A stretch of 63,744 bases of DNA, the filler included, from Craspedostauros australis (lineage: Eukaryota): assembly GCA_030167865.1 (NCBI GenBank). It is 18 parts of 18 records of this genome, joined end to end, with 100 filler letters (N's around TTAATTAATTAA, not from the genome) between each part and the next. Parts side by side here need not be neighbours in the genome. Positions count along the whole stretch, not along the records: positions 24,523 to 25,963 come from JALAGF010001165.1; positions 26,064 to 32,117 come from JALAGF010001166.1; positions 32,218 to 35,733 come from JALAGF010001168.1; positions 35,834 to 36,886 come from JALAGF010001170.1; 14 more parts are not named here. One strand, written 5' to 3'. The notes beneath the pieces are model-generated. The model was not told the DNA's origin, searched no databases, and was given only the letters and a program-made list of their open reading frames with translations. Made by a program: the position numbers and the translations under genes. Positions 24,523 to 36,886 of the stretch are shown here, piece by piece (the first letter of the stretch is position 1; the number at the start of each line of letters is the position of its first letter).

Positions 24523-25963
24523 CAATTACACGGTGGCTGGAACCAGAAGCTACACTCATCGATACAATATTCTCCCTCCTTTTCCTGGTTCTGGAGGTGC
24601 TCCTTTTGGGATCTCGGGAAGTGTCGATGTGTATGCAACATCGACCTTCGAGCTGGATGGGAGGCTCGTCACTTTGCCGTACCTGGAGAATCGCGATGCC
24701 ACGGATGGCCTGTTCACGGATGATGGAGTGACGGTGACGTACCAAGTTGGAAACGACACGCTCTTCGCCAAGACGATCCGCGACGTCGCGCCTGGCACCT
24801 TTTTCACGACGAGTCTAACCTGCCTCAAGAAAGATTGCGACACCGTTCGCGAGTTAGCATCGATCTATCAAAACTTCCAGCACGCATTCTCGGAGGGGTG
24901 CACCAATCAACGCATCAGCGAACAAGAGTTCGTCGAAGGCATCGCGGCCACATACCAGCAATTCATGGTACCAGAATCAGCCCGTGTTAGCGTGCCGATG
25001 GCGGATTCATCTTTGTCCGGCTCTTTTCCTGGCGAGGAGGAATGGTGCAAGGTACGAGCACGAGCACGAATAGGCATGGATTGATTGGTGTCAAATGCAT
25101 GGATCTGTGGTGGTTGCGAGGCAATGGTGTTGCATTTTTTTGTGGTTCGTTACATTCCTTTTCTTGCTGGCTCACTCATCCAATGATCTTCACTTCTTCG
25201 CCAATGCAGTNCGATCCAAATTGCGCCACAAACCCATACCAAGAGCCAACCACGCCCGTCAAACCAGGTGTCATCGCTGGATTCACAATCGGCGGCGTAC
25301 TCGCCTTCCTCATCGCAGTCTCCGTCGGAATATACATCTACAACAAGCAACAAGCAAAACGATACCGCGCCATCTTCGCTGCTCGTGTCGCACAGACCAT
25401 GAGCATCCGCGTTCCAGCCAGGCGCATGGACGCCGCCGCATTGGCTCGCGAGTTCCAGAAGATCGATGCTCAAACTACCGCAGCCGACAGCAGCAACCGG
25501 CGTGCGAGNTCNGTGGGAAACATCACAAAAGAAGGCATGTGGGAGTTTTTGAGCTCTGGGAAGGCGGTCGAGATGAACCGCCATGACTTCGAGGCGCTGT
25601 GGGCGGTGATGGATGCTGATGGTAGCGGATATGTGGACTTTCTTGAGTTCTGCGCCTTCATGGGTCAAGTGAGTTCGATGATTTGTTCGACGTGGCGCTG
25701 TTCTGTTCTGTGCTCTGCTGTTCTGTGCTGTGTTATGATGTGTGCATCGCATTTACAAGGTGCAACAAATGGCCCATTCAATCCCTCATCATTCTTCATG
25801 GCATGACACCTTTGTCACTCATCCAACCACCCATCCGCCGACACGTTATCTTTTTCCCATTCATCATCATCCATTTTTCAACCCGCAGTGCCACGAGGAA
25901 TACGACAATGCTCGTGACGATCGCATGTTGATGGCGGAACGTCTGTCCCGTCGCTTCTCTCTC
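24523..25963 (+). CDS. EF-hand single-pass membrane protein, paralogue D (partial)
   Basis: Exons <24523-25051, 25210-25668 and 25889->25963 with GT-AG introns. Same intron positions and motifs (FELDGR, WCxxDPNC, PYQEP, TM, DADGSGYVDFLE) as the copies at 52.9-61.5 kb. Confidence 0.85.
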
Positions 25964-26063
25964 NNNNNNNNNNNNNNNNNNNNNNNNNNNNNNNNNNNNN
26001 NNNNNNNTTAATTAATTAANNNNNNNNNNNNNNNNNNNNNNNNNNNNNNNNNNNNNNNNNNNN

Positions 26064-26439
26064 CCAGCTCGATGAGGTGTACATCGGTACCCCAGAGGAG
26101 CGCGCAGCCGGCATGAAGCCAGACCACCAGAGCAACCGCAACATGCATTTGGGAACCAACGTGCTTGTCGGTGAGGCCGGTTCCACCGCCGTCCCACGCG
26201 AGTACCTCGAGCTCCAGAAGGCCTTGGCCACACAGAACGAGTCTTACTCCGTCCGTCGCGAACGCATCCTGTCTAACATCAAGGGACTTCGCGAGGAGAT
26301 CAACGCCTGCAGCAACGAGGAGGATGCCTCCGTCTTCGAGTCTGCCCTTCGCATGGAGACCGCTGCCATGGACAAGCTGAACCAGGCTGAGAACGACAGC
26401 GTTGGCGAGAGCGATGAAGAGATGGGTGTGCAGAAGTAA
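26064..26439 (+). CDS. 3' end of a hypothetical protein with coiled-coil/acidic tail
   Basis: Open from the contig edge to TAA at 26439 with strong C/G third-position bias. Family not recognised. Confidence 0.6.
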
Positions 26440-27265
26440 GCGCTTTGCGCTGAACGCCATCATCGACATCATCATCATCTGCAGTGCATCAGGCAGGTCA
26501 TCTACCATGACGACCGGCTGAATGCCGCAGCCATTTTGAAACTTCAACGATTGGGAGAACGCAGCATGAACCAATGCACGGACGCAACCAATTCTATTAT
26601 ATGTATTCAACAGCAATGTGAAAACAACAACGAACACTGCAAATCAGCGGTGTACATGAACATGTGACAAGATAAGGGTAATACCACTTTACATGTAAAC
26701 AGTGAATTAAAACCAACACGCCATTCTGCTGAAATCTGAAATCGCGGATGATAGCAATCGCTGCGCTCTGTCTCCATGCGCTATGTCAACATCACTTGCC
26801 GTACGTGCGATACCTACGCAATCTGTCGTCGACATCGTGCCACAAAAGTCAATGTCACCAAACATGGTCCGGTAACTGAAACCACGATGGAGCATGTCTC
26901 ATTGTTATTGGTGTGGATGATAGTGCCACTCTTACGATGCAACTGTCTTTCAATCAAATGCCAGCAACCTTAAAAATGAAAATCAATGTCATCTCGCTCG
27001 CTTCATCATCTTTGTGGACGCCTCGCTTGCATCTCACGCTGTACTATAACAGTAGTGTGGTATTGCATAGCATGGAAACAGTGAAGCGCAAGTCGGTGGC
27101 AAGATCTCATTCTCCGCTGTTCCGAATGGTGGAAGTCTTCATTCATCTTCACCATTCACGCATTGTGTTCCATTCATTGGCAAGACGACAATCACCATCG
27201 GATCTCCGATTGTCCCACGCGTGCAGATCGAACCCGTACGCGAGCTACATCCATCTGACACGCTC

Positions 27266-28927
27266 TCACATACGCGCGCTATTTCTGGAGAGGTTGCGCA
27301 AACTCATGGCGATCTTTTGACGGGCGGCGGTGTCGGTGACTTGCGTCCAGAACAGACCGGTGCCATCATCGCGCTTCAGGAACCGCACACCTTGGTCCTT
27401 GAGTTCCTGCACGAGGGCTGTGGAGAAGGAAGTCTTGCCGGAACGGCTCGATATGGCATCGTACTCCGCCTTGCGCGATTCCAGGAACTCCATGAACCGG
27501 ATGTTGCCCGTGTGCGACTGGAATGGCCGACCACGTCCCAGTACGACGTCCTTTGCCGATGGAAAGTGGATGCAATCTTTCGACGGGAGGGCCTCCTCGT
27601 ACTCTTTGCAGAATACCGCTTCCACGTCCTGCGTGCGCCGCAGATAGGCCATCATCTTATCCTGATCAGGGTTGCGATCCAGATCCAGCTGCAGCAGCCT
27701 GGTGGGGATGCCGTACGATCGCAATTCGTACAGACACTCGATGTGGGAACCGAAATGAATCTTACTCCGAAGCCTCATCTCCTTGGGCAAGCCCAAGAGC
27801 ATGACATTGGCCAGCGGCTTCATGCCGTTGTTCTCGCAACAGATATGCATGCTCGATAGCTGGACAGGAAGAGCGCCCGAGATCTCCATCTCCTTGGCGG
27901 ATTTGGTCTGCTTCAGCTTGTGCATCATGTCCGCAATCGTGGTGCCGATCGTGTTGAGGATGACCACCAATCCTTTCTGCCCCGTCTGTGTTAGCTGTTG
28001 CGGCGAGTTGGTGTTCATGTACCACAAGGCCTGGACCAAGGAACGCCCGGACTCGAAGAAGAATCGGGTGTAGTTGAAAATGAGGATGCTTCGTCCGGAT
28101 AGATCGACGCAGTTGTCATGGCGAATGATCGCGCCGTACTCCAACGACCGTCTGGCATCGCTCGGCAGATCCTCGTACCGAATGGGCTGAGCGGCCTTCT
28201 CTGCGCCGTAGATGTTCGTCTTGGCCTCGAAGTACTTGACGATGAGCTTGGCGGCTTCCCTCGGAATCCACTTCGTCTTGCGCATCACCTTGAGTCGCAG
28301 ACGGCGATCCTGTACGGCGCGCGGTGACAAGAAGGCCACCTTGCTGTAGGCATCCTTCTTGTGGATCGTCGTGATCTGATGCTCCAACTCGGCCATCCGG
28401 GCCTCCACGAGTTCCTCAGTCTCCTCCACCGCCTTGCTGACGCCGTGGATCTCGTCGTAGACCTTCTCGCGCTCATCCAACGACAGTTCATTGAGCTCAT
28501 TGGCCAGCAGCTGCTCGCCGTTCATCATTTGCTCGTCATTGCGCTGACGCTTGCGCCGTTGGCCCGTGCGCCGCCCGCGGGTGCCCGTGTGCTTGTAGTA
28601 CGCTGCCAGCAGAGTATCTCGACCTGCATCATCCCTGCCAGACTCTGCGTCGGAACCCTCCGTGGAGGAATACCGCCGATGCGCGGAGGCAGGACAGAAG
28701 GCAGGTGGGAAGTGGCAGATATTGAGGCATGGCGGCGGCGACGGCGATGGTGATGTCGGAACGAACTGCCCGGGCTGGTTGTCGTCGTTGGATGTCCATT
28801 GCGTCTGAGTCTTGCCGTTGTTGCTGCCGTTGTCATTCGTCGCGTTGCCATCCGTCGCGTTGCCATCATGGACCATCATGGCCAGGGATTCCAGAACATC
28901 ATCATCCTCCTGCAGTGCGCGCTTCAT
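27266..28927 (-). CDS. DUF6824 domain protein with CRAL-TRIO-like central region
   Basis: 553 aa with LANELNELSLDEREKVYDEIHGV and HFGSHIECLYELRSYGIP, and C-terminal DVVLGRGRPFQSHTGNIRF...GVRFLKR...W...ARQKIAMSLRN. Confidence 0.85.
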   Translation of the reverse strand: MKRALQEDDDVLESLAMMVHDGNATDGNATNDNGSNNGKTQTQWTSNDDNQPGQFVPTSPSPSPPPCLNICHFPPAFCPASAHRRYSSTEGSDAESGRDDAGRDTLLAAYYKHTGTRGRRTGQRRKRQRNDEQMMNGEQLLANELNELSLDEREKVYDEIHGVSKAVEETEELVEARMAELEHQITTIHKKDAYSKVAFLSPRAVQDRRLRLKVMRKTKWIPREAAKLIVKYFEAKTNIYGAEKAAQPIRYEDLPSDARRSLEYGAIIRHDNCVDLSGRSILIFNYTRFFFESGRSLVQALWYMNTNSPQQLTQTGQKGLVVILNTIGTTIADMMHKLKQTKSAKEMEISGALPVQLSSMHICCENNGMKPLANVMLLGLPKEMRLRSKIHFGSHIECLYELRSYGIPTRLLQLDLDRNPDQDKMMAYLRRTQDVEAVFCKEYEEALPSKDCIHFPSAKDVVLGRGRPFQSHTGNIRFMEFLESRKAEYDAISSRSGKTSFSTALVQELKDQGVRFLKRDDGTGLFWTQVTDTAARQKIAMSLRNLSRNSARM

Positions 28928-29852
28928 CCTGTCGTCAAATGCGACTTCGGGGATGGATGCCAGCCTGCGAGCAACAAGTATTCATGTGTGTGCTCAATTC
29001 TATGATGGGACCAAACAACTCCAACCGAAGCGGATTGAATCATGCGACAACGGAATGAACACAAGAGAAGCAGAGCCTGCACAGAAGCGATAACCGCGTG
29101 CAGGTTTCGTGTTGGCACATTTCCTTGGTGCTGATGACGTACCTGAACAGGCGCGTTCACCACCAAGCAACATTTTGTCTCTCCTGAGTGGCGCAGATCA
29201 GAATGATAAACTCAATCAGCCTACGACAACACCTGGAGACCAATCAAAACACATGAAACACCATGACAATGGAACAGGTCATGGCCTCCACTTATCATGC
29301 GCCACCTCCCCATTCTGTCGAGAAAAGACCAATGGACTTGCCAGACCATATCCAGTCTTACACCACCCCTCAATCACGAATAATATCAATTCGTGACCTG
29401 TTTCGATCCAACGCCCATCTGTTTTCCTCTTCCCACCGCCAACGCGAAACCGTGGCTTCGGCACGTCACAATGATGGCTTTGTGTCCAACACCACCGCAC
29501 CCACCAATCAGGCACAACTCCCAAGGCAACATCGGTTCGCGCCTTGCAACCGTACTCGCACGAGGAGACCACCTGAGGTCCATTGGAAGAGCGAAAGCGT
29601 GATACCTGCGCATCACAGAAGAGAGGAAGCGATTGTGACAACAGCAAGGATTGGAGGGAAGCGACAACAGGAGCCACGATCGTCAAGAGCCGACGAATCT
29701 TGAGACATTGAGCACAAGCGTTGAGACACGGTCATTCAACTTGCTCTCCAGTGGGAACAGTCATTTTTCCTGTCTTCCTGCTCATATCACACGATCGCAT
29801 CACACGATCGCATCATATCATACCATACTCTGCGTGTGCTACCAGCTCCATC

Positions 29853-31901
29853 ATGGCATCATCATCGCAATCACCGTCGCCATTGGAGCGGAGGGATCCG
29901 TACCCCATGAGTTCCCCTGAGGCAAAGAGGATGTCCGACTCCCTGCGTCCGCAAAGCGAAAATGAAGGCGGCAGCTCCGACAAGCAGTGGACGACGATGG
30001 CCCTGGAATCGGCCAATGCTCCGCCTGAACATACCGATGCGGAGGGATTCGGTGATGAAGGAGCCGCCAACCTCACGGGCAAAGTGAGCAAGGGAGGCGA
30101 CATCTACAGCCACCTCGACGTATTGCCCAAAAATGTTCACGACAAGGACGATGAAGTGCTGGACGTTCCGCTGGATGAGCTCAGGGGATCGCGGTTCGAT
30201 CGGCTGATGGGATCCGGCGAGCGAAAGCTGCTGAAAATCTACAAGCGTCTATACGGTGACAAGTTGCCGCCGTCGGAGATGATCCGAACGCTCACGCTGG
30301 CAATGACGCTCTTCTTCATGATCGGTGGCTACTGGTTGCTGCGTTCGCTCAAGGACACCGTGCTCATGACGCTGTGTGGCGTCCAGGCCATCCCCAAGGC
30401 GAAGATGCTCTCCGTCTTCGTCGTGCTGGGCGTCGTTTCCATCTACAATCACCTCCTCGACAGCAGCCTGCCCAAGCATCAGCTCTTCTACATCTTCGGA
30501 TCCTTCTACTTCTGCCTCTTCACGGTCATCGCTCTCTTGCTCAGGCACCCCACCATCGGCATTGACAACCAGATCCAGTCGGAGGCCAGGCTGCTGGGTT
30601 GGATCAGCTACTGCTCCATCGAGAGCTTCGGAAGCGTCATGGTCAGCCTCTTCTGGTCCTTCGCCAACTCCAATATTTCCCTGGAGACCGCCAAGGCCAG
30701 CTACGGCGTCATGGTGGCGACGGCGCAGATAGGATCCATCATCGGACCGGCCATCGTCAATCGCTATGCAGAGGTCTGGGGACCGGCCAACTGCTACATG
30801 CTGGGTGCCATGTGCATGCTGCTGCTGCAGGCCAGCATGTACAACTACATCCAGAACTACGGCTCCGCCGAGCAGAGGCAGGAGAAGGAGGAGCAAGCGG
30901 CGGGATCGCCGGCCGGCAGCAAACCCGCGAAGAAGCAAAAGGCAGGCATCCTGGAGGGCCTCGTCCTCTTCTACAAGCACAATTACGTCAAGGGTATCTT
31001 CGCCATCAGCTGCCTCTTCATGGTGGAGGTCACCATCATCGACTTCATGCTCAAGGTCCTGGCCAAGGAATTCTTCTCCACCGAGTACCCGTGCGACATG
31101 TCCGATCCGTGCTACGACGCCGAGACGGGCGAATTCGGTCTCACCAAGGAGGCCACCAACGCCATCGCGTCCTTCATGGGATTGTTCGGCGTCGCCACCA
31201 ACAGCCTCAGCTTCCTCTTCAGCCTCCTGGGAACGTCCGCGGTCATTCGGTATCTCGGCCTGCGCACCACCCTGCTCCTCTTCCCATCGCTGTGCCTCAT
31301 CGTCATCATCTGCGTGCGGTTACGACCAACGTTGCAAGTCGTCTTCGCGGCCATGATCATGCTCAAGGCCTGCAGCTACGCGCTCAACAATCCCACGAAG
31401 GAAATCCTGTACCAACCCACCAGCCCGGCCGTGCGGTACAAGGCCAAATCGTGGATCGACATATTCGGCGCCAGAGGCAGCAAGGCCCTGGGCAGCGTCG
31501 TCACGAACGCCTTCTCGTACTCCGCCAAGGTCCTCGTGGAGAACGGCAGCCTGGTGGGCATCTGCGTCGCCAGCTTCTTGATTTGGAATGCGCGCTTCAT
31601 GGGGCGCCTGTTCGACCAGTACACGGAGACCGGTTACATCGTGGGTGAGGACGACAATCCGGAATCGCAAAGTATCGCGATGGCGATTGTTCAGAACAAG
31701 CAAACGGGCACGAGCTGCGCGCTGAAAAACGGCGACCATGATGGCGACGACGATCATGATGATGATGACGACGACGACGAAGGTGAGGAGGGCATGCTCG
31801 ATGATGCGGAAGGGGTGATTCCTGCTGGCGGTGATGCTGGCGAACAAAAACAGCAAGAACAGACAAAGCGAAGTGCCACGGCCAAAGTCGCCATGGTATG
31901 A
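29853..31901 (+). CDS. NTT: TLC-family nucleotide (ATP/ADP) transporter
   Basis: First ATG at 29853 gives 682 aa with about 12 hydrophobic segments. Motifs: [51 protein letters not shown]. Confidence 0.88.
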   Translation: MASSSQSPSPLERRDPYPMSSPEAKRMSDSLRPQSENEGGSSDKQWTTMALESANAPPEHTDAEGFGDEGAANLTGKVSKGGDIYSHLDVLPKNVHDKDDEVLDVPLDELRGSRFDRLMGSGERKLLKIYKRLYGDKLPPSEMIRTLTLAMTLFFMIGGYWLLRSLKDTVLMTLCGVQAIPKAKMLSVFVVLGVVSIYNHLLDSSLPKHQLFYIFGSFYFCLFTVIALLLRHPTIGIDNQIQSEARLLGWISYCSIESFGSVMVSLFWSFANSNISLETAKASYGVMVATAQIGSIIGPAIVNRYAEVWGPANCYMLGAMCMLLLQASMYNYIQNYGSAEQRQEKEEQAAGSPAGSKPAKKQKAGILEGLVLFYKHNYVKGIFAISCLFMVEVTIIDFMLKVLAKEFFSTEYPCDMSDPCYDAETGEFGLTKEATNAIASFMGLFGVATNSLSFLFSLLGTSAVIRYLGLRTTLLLFPSLCLIVIICVRLRPTLQVVFAAMIMLKACSYALNNPTKEILYQPTSPAVRYKAKSWIDIFGARGSKALGSVVTNAFSYSAKVLVENGSLVGICVASFLIWNARFMGRLFDQYTETGYIVGEDDNPESQSIAMAIVQNKQTGTSCALKNGDHDGDDDHDDDDDDDEGEEGMLDDAEGVIPAGGDAGEQKQQEQTKRSATAKVAMV

Positions 31902-32335
31902 GCGTCCAATCGACTTGGTCCGCATCAAGCTTCAGATGGATGCTCCCCGCCATCAAGACCGTTGAATGGCCGTTCGCCAAACTGCATACAGATAGAGAAA
32001 CCGTTGCACACACGCAGCTTCCCATCCTGCCGATAATGGTGCACTGCACTTCGTCTTCTGTTGGGAGTCGGAATCGGATAGTGATCGCAGATACAGAGAT
32101 AGGCCATATCCGTAGTCNNNNNNNNNNNNNNNNNNNNNNNNNNNNNNNNNNNNNNNNNNNNTTAATTAATTAANNNNNNNNNNNNNNNNNNNNNNNNNNN
32201 NNNNNNNNNNNNNNNNNGCGGATCCGTGATCGGTGGTGTAGTCGTATTTCCCACCTCGTTGTGCTGGACAAATGATGATGGGTGCTGTTCAAAGGGAGGG
32301 TGCGACCTAGTGCCTCAAACAAACGGACCCCAAAA

Positions 32336-32604
32336 ATTGGCGATTATTGGCGATTATTGGCTACAGTTGGCTACAGATTTTGGATCAGTTTTTCCCAAAC
32401 TCCGCCTTCGTTTTATAGACACTCAATCCAACATCGCTTCACATCTACGTAAACTTAAGAGCCAGGGCTATCCAGGAAAGTGATAACATTATAATGTTGT
32501 TACCACTATCTCGTCGATCTTTTTGTGTTTGTTGACCCCCTTGGTGTGGTTTTGCCTTCGGACGAAGGACGGACCGGGTTTTCATTGGCTACAATTGGCT
32601 ACAA
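32336..32604. repeat. 10-bp-phased ATTGG(CGATT/CTACA) repeats upstream of piggyBac ORF
   Basis: attggcgatt x2 + attggctaca + gttggctaca at 32336-32375, and attggctaca x2 at 32584-32603. Confidence 0.7.
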
Positions 32605-32935
32605 GTAGGATTCTACAGGGGTCCGGTAGGATCTGGCCTCTTTTTTCGAGAAATTCGACCCTCCATCTTTGAAGTCTCCGCGCTGAGCCTTCTTTGGCTC
32701 AATCTGTACAATAGATATCATTTTAGAATACCCTCTCCGAGGCGGTCACAACTATATGATCTATACATTGTTGTATTGCAATGGTGTGTTGGTATGCTCG
32801 CGTTTAGTGCTCCCATGACAATCGGAGTGCTTTTTGACCACTCGGATCCACTCTCGGAAGCATGTCTGAAAATCAATTTCCGTTATTCGCGTCATCATGA
32901 CGTCATGAGGAGGACGTAGCAACACGCCTGCGACC

Positions 32936-35551
32936 ATGGCAACAGCAACAGATGCAACAGCAACAACAGGTGCAGCACCAGCTTTTCTCTGCCCCAACCG
33001 ACATCGCCCTCCTCTCTATCTACTCTCCACTGAACATCGCACCATGAAGATCCGCCCTGGAAGCCACGTATCGAGTCCCTGTGGACCTCTTGTGACCTCT
33101 GGAAACAGCAAGGGCAAGGTCCGAAGCGTCCTTTATGGTGTCGTCCTCAAGTCTCTCCCCAAGAATCACTGGGTTGTGCACTGGCGTTCCATCAACGCAG
33201 TGTGTGAACATGCAGGGACCAAGCTGACTCTGCTTGACAAGACGCGAGTCGAATTGGACAGCAGTTGTGTTGAGGAGCTCATCCATGCGCAGAGCGTTGG
33301 GAGGGGATCTGCTGAACTAGACAAACACTACAAGACGTCGCGGTACCACAACCTCTGCCGCAACACATCCATGTCCAGTGACACATCTTATTCGCACCGT
33401 ACAAATGTCTCATCCACTCCCAACAGCGCATCAACCAGCCATGGCGCAGACAGGGATGTCTCCAATGATGCAACAGATAACCCCCAAGCAACGTATGACT
33501 CGAGCACAGGCGATTTGCTCACTGGCGAAGAATTTGACTATGTCATGCTCCGTGAAGAAGAGTCTGCAGGATACTTGCACATGGAGGAGAAGAATCAATT
33601 GATGAATTCAACGGTCACAGTCGGCAAGCAGAAGAATGCGGTGTCATGGACAGTGGTTGAAGACAAATCGATTCAACAGCGCAATGAAGAGCCTCAAGCC
33701 AAGTTTGGCGTTGCAGGTTTCGACTTCAGCAAGAAACGCTCGCAAGATGACACCAATCGTGACCGCATCAACCTCCTGGGACTGGTGCAACATCTATGGC
33801 CAGGAGATTGGAAGCAACAAATCGATGCTCTCAACAGGCGTATCATCTCAGGCACCATTGATGTCGGAAGCAGGCGAAACAATCACCCTGTGTCTGAGCG
33901 TGAACTGTGGGTGTTCTTTGGAATCATGCTTGTGGGGAAGCTGGATTCGACCACAAAGCTCTGGGGTGACAGGATGAGCGAAGGGTTCTGCAAGGCAAGG
34001 AATGTCACCACACACATGCCTTCCCATCGCTTCCAACACATTCGCAAACACTTTATCCCGTACTTGTTCTCCGACCCTGGCAGACAAAATGAGGATAAAT
34101 GGTGGCAAATCCAACCTGGGGTGGAGTTGTTCAACAAATGCCGCCGCAACACTATCATTCCAGGCCAGGTTAAAGTCATGGACGAAAGCATGACCGCGTA
34201 TAAGCCTCGTCTGTCGCCCACCGGAAACCTTCCACATCTGACGCACATTCCACGCAAGCCGGAACCGCTTGGGGTGGAGTTCAAAACCGTTGCCGATAGT
34301 GAAACGGGTATCATGCTCCATTTAGAGATTCAACGCGGAAAGCAAGAGATGGACCAGGCCGATCACGTGAGAGATTGCGGGAAAGCAACTGTTGCCTGTT
34401 CTCTGCGTATGGCTCTGGCAACGCATAACATGGGACAAAACAACATCCACATTGACACGTCAGACTTTGCCCTCCCCAACAGCATCTTCTTGGGAGATTC
34501 ATGGTTCGCATCTGTGCAGACGTGCTCGGAGATCGCTGTGAAGGCAAATTCAGGATTCATCGGCATCATCAAGACTTCGTCCGCTGGCTTCCCCCTCGCG
34601 TTTCTCCAAGAAAAGATGAGCAATTGGCCCTCAGGAACACAGCTACTATTGAAACGCAACCGCGATGATGGGGATGTCAATTGCAGTGATACAACAACCG
34701 AAATATATGCCATGGGATACAAGTACTCGCGCACGTCCGTGATTCCATTTGTGTTCTCCTCCGGATCAGGTCATTTGGGGGCATCCACACCCTACATCGC
34801 GAAATGGATCGATGACGAACGCAGGCATCAAACGAAGGAAGTTCCAAGACCTGAGGTGGCCAGTAAGTATTTTGGTGCGTCCAATGCTGTGGACACGCAC
34901 AATCATGTTCGCCAAGATGTGTTGGGACTCGAGAGGATCTGGGTGACAAAGGACGGATTTTTTCGCCTGGTTACGACTTTGTTCGCCCTCACTGTCGTGG
35001 ATGCAATGAAGGCGTACACGTATCATCTCGGTTCTCGCCACAGGCACAAGCAGCTTACCCTGCGAACCTTTATCAACATGCTCGCGGAGGACATGATCTT
35101 CAATGACGAGCATGACACACCAAGATGTCTGGAAACCAGATCCATTCTGGCACACGGGCACACCAGTGACAACGTGGTGGGAGGGACAATGGAATCCAAC
35201 GAGCCAAGCAACAGCGCCACTGCCAACAACACCAGCAACAGTAAAAACGGTACCAACAACACAAGCCAAACAAAACAGCAACAGCAGCAGTCACCATACC
35301 AAATCGGCAACCATCGCCTTGCAAAAGCGCAGAAACAGCTGCCAAATGTGTACAAGGACAGCAAAGGGCGTTTGAGGCGAGGACAGAGATCTGCTCGAGG
35401 AAGATGTATCGTCTGCAACAAGCTGGTTGTCTTCATCTGCGAACATTGTCCATCAACTGCACCCGGGACGCTCGTGTGGTGCTGCCCCGAAGTTTCCAAA
35501 CAAGGTGACGCCCGCACGTGCTTTCGCACACATGCCACAAACGGCGACTGA
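32936..35551 (+). mobile_element. piggyBac-like transposase (DDE_Tnp_1_7) with C-terminal Cys-rich domain
   Basis: Intact 871-aa ORF with VMDESM, HIPRKPEPLGVEFK, LGDSWFASV and VDTHNHVRQ, ending in CxxC...CxxC...C...C. Confidence 0.9.
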
Positions 35552-35833
35552 AGCGCATACGAATCCATAAATACACTCTAATTGTACATGTTTCACATGC
35601 ATCTGAAGAGAGAATGAATGGATTAATGTGACTGTGCTGTCGTCGCTTGCCAAGGTGTTGGCAATTCATCGTGAACGAAATTGTGAGGAGGGGAAGCGGA
35701 GATGATGTGTGTGACGAGTCCAAACGTGTCTGGNNNNNNNNNNNNNNNNNNNNNNNNNNNNNNNNNNNNNNNNNNNNTTAATTAATTAANNNNNNNNNNN
35801 NNNNNNNNNNNNNNNNNNNNNNNNNNNNNNNNN

Positions 35834-36886
35834 TCGTCATTCATACTCACATTCTATTCTTTCTTCACATCATGATTTGCACATCCCACTTCAGCTGAAC
35901 GGAACGGTATCCTATTTCCATATTCGACAACCGACGCGAGACGAGATACAGTCCGACAGAGATTGCGTCCATGTATACATGACATCAGATGCATATTGGG
36001 ATCCATCACAGCTGTCGTCAGGGGACGATGAAGCAGCGATACGTGCGAAACTTCAAGCAGATCAACAGATGCATATTGAATCACCGATCAGATACGAGCA
36101 TGACAATCGAACAATACATCACACGCGTACCTCGAATCGAAAGGGGACGATAACGCCAGAGCAGCTGGCAGCAAGATGGCGAATCGGAATCGAAGCAGCA
36201 AGACGAACACTCGATGTGACAACGCAATTGGCAGTCCGTGATTTCACTACAACGACAGGAACACGTCGACTCAATCCTTATGCGATGCAGCTCCGGTACC
36301 GACGCCTCAACACACAAATGTACACTGACACGATGTTCGCGAAGACAAAGTCCATACGTGGGAACATCTGTGCAATGATCTATTGTACACCATTTCATTG
36401 GGTCAAAGTGTACCCAATGGCGGCAAGGCGAGAGGCCGCACAGACACTCGATGAGCTATTCAGAGACTACGGCATCCCACACACAATGATACCAGACAAT
36501 GCACGAGAGCTAGTTGAGGGCAACTTCAAGAGCAAACTTCTCAAAGCTCAAGTCTCAATCCGTCCCGTGGAGGCGTATATTCACAATCAGAACAAAGCGG
36601 AGGCAACGATCAGAGAACTTCGACGTCAATATCGGCGGCTTATGACATCGACGAACACACCTGCATACCTGTGGGATTATTGTTTTGAGTACTGTGCAGA
36701 GATTCGAAGCAACACAGCACTTCAGATATATGATCTACATGGCCAGACACCAACTACAATCCTGACTGGCGACACCACCGACATCTCACACATTTCAGAA
36801 TTTGGGTGGTTCGACTTTGTGTGGTACATGAATCTCCAGGGAGCAAACATGAACACAAAACATCTTGGTCGCTACCTCGGTCCGTC
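35834..36886 (+). mobile_element. pol: CoDi Ty1/copia pol fragment: integrase
   Basis: IPLQLNGTVSYF, LAARWRIGIEAARRTLDVTTQ, YTDTMFAK, PDNAREL and NQNKAEATIREL (DDE core). Frame open across the contig. Confidence 0.9.

Noticed and set aside
19444..36886. Joining the gag contig and the integrase contig into one element
   Set aside because: Same CoDi type but on separate contigs, so linkage cannot be shown from this window.
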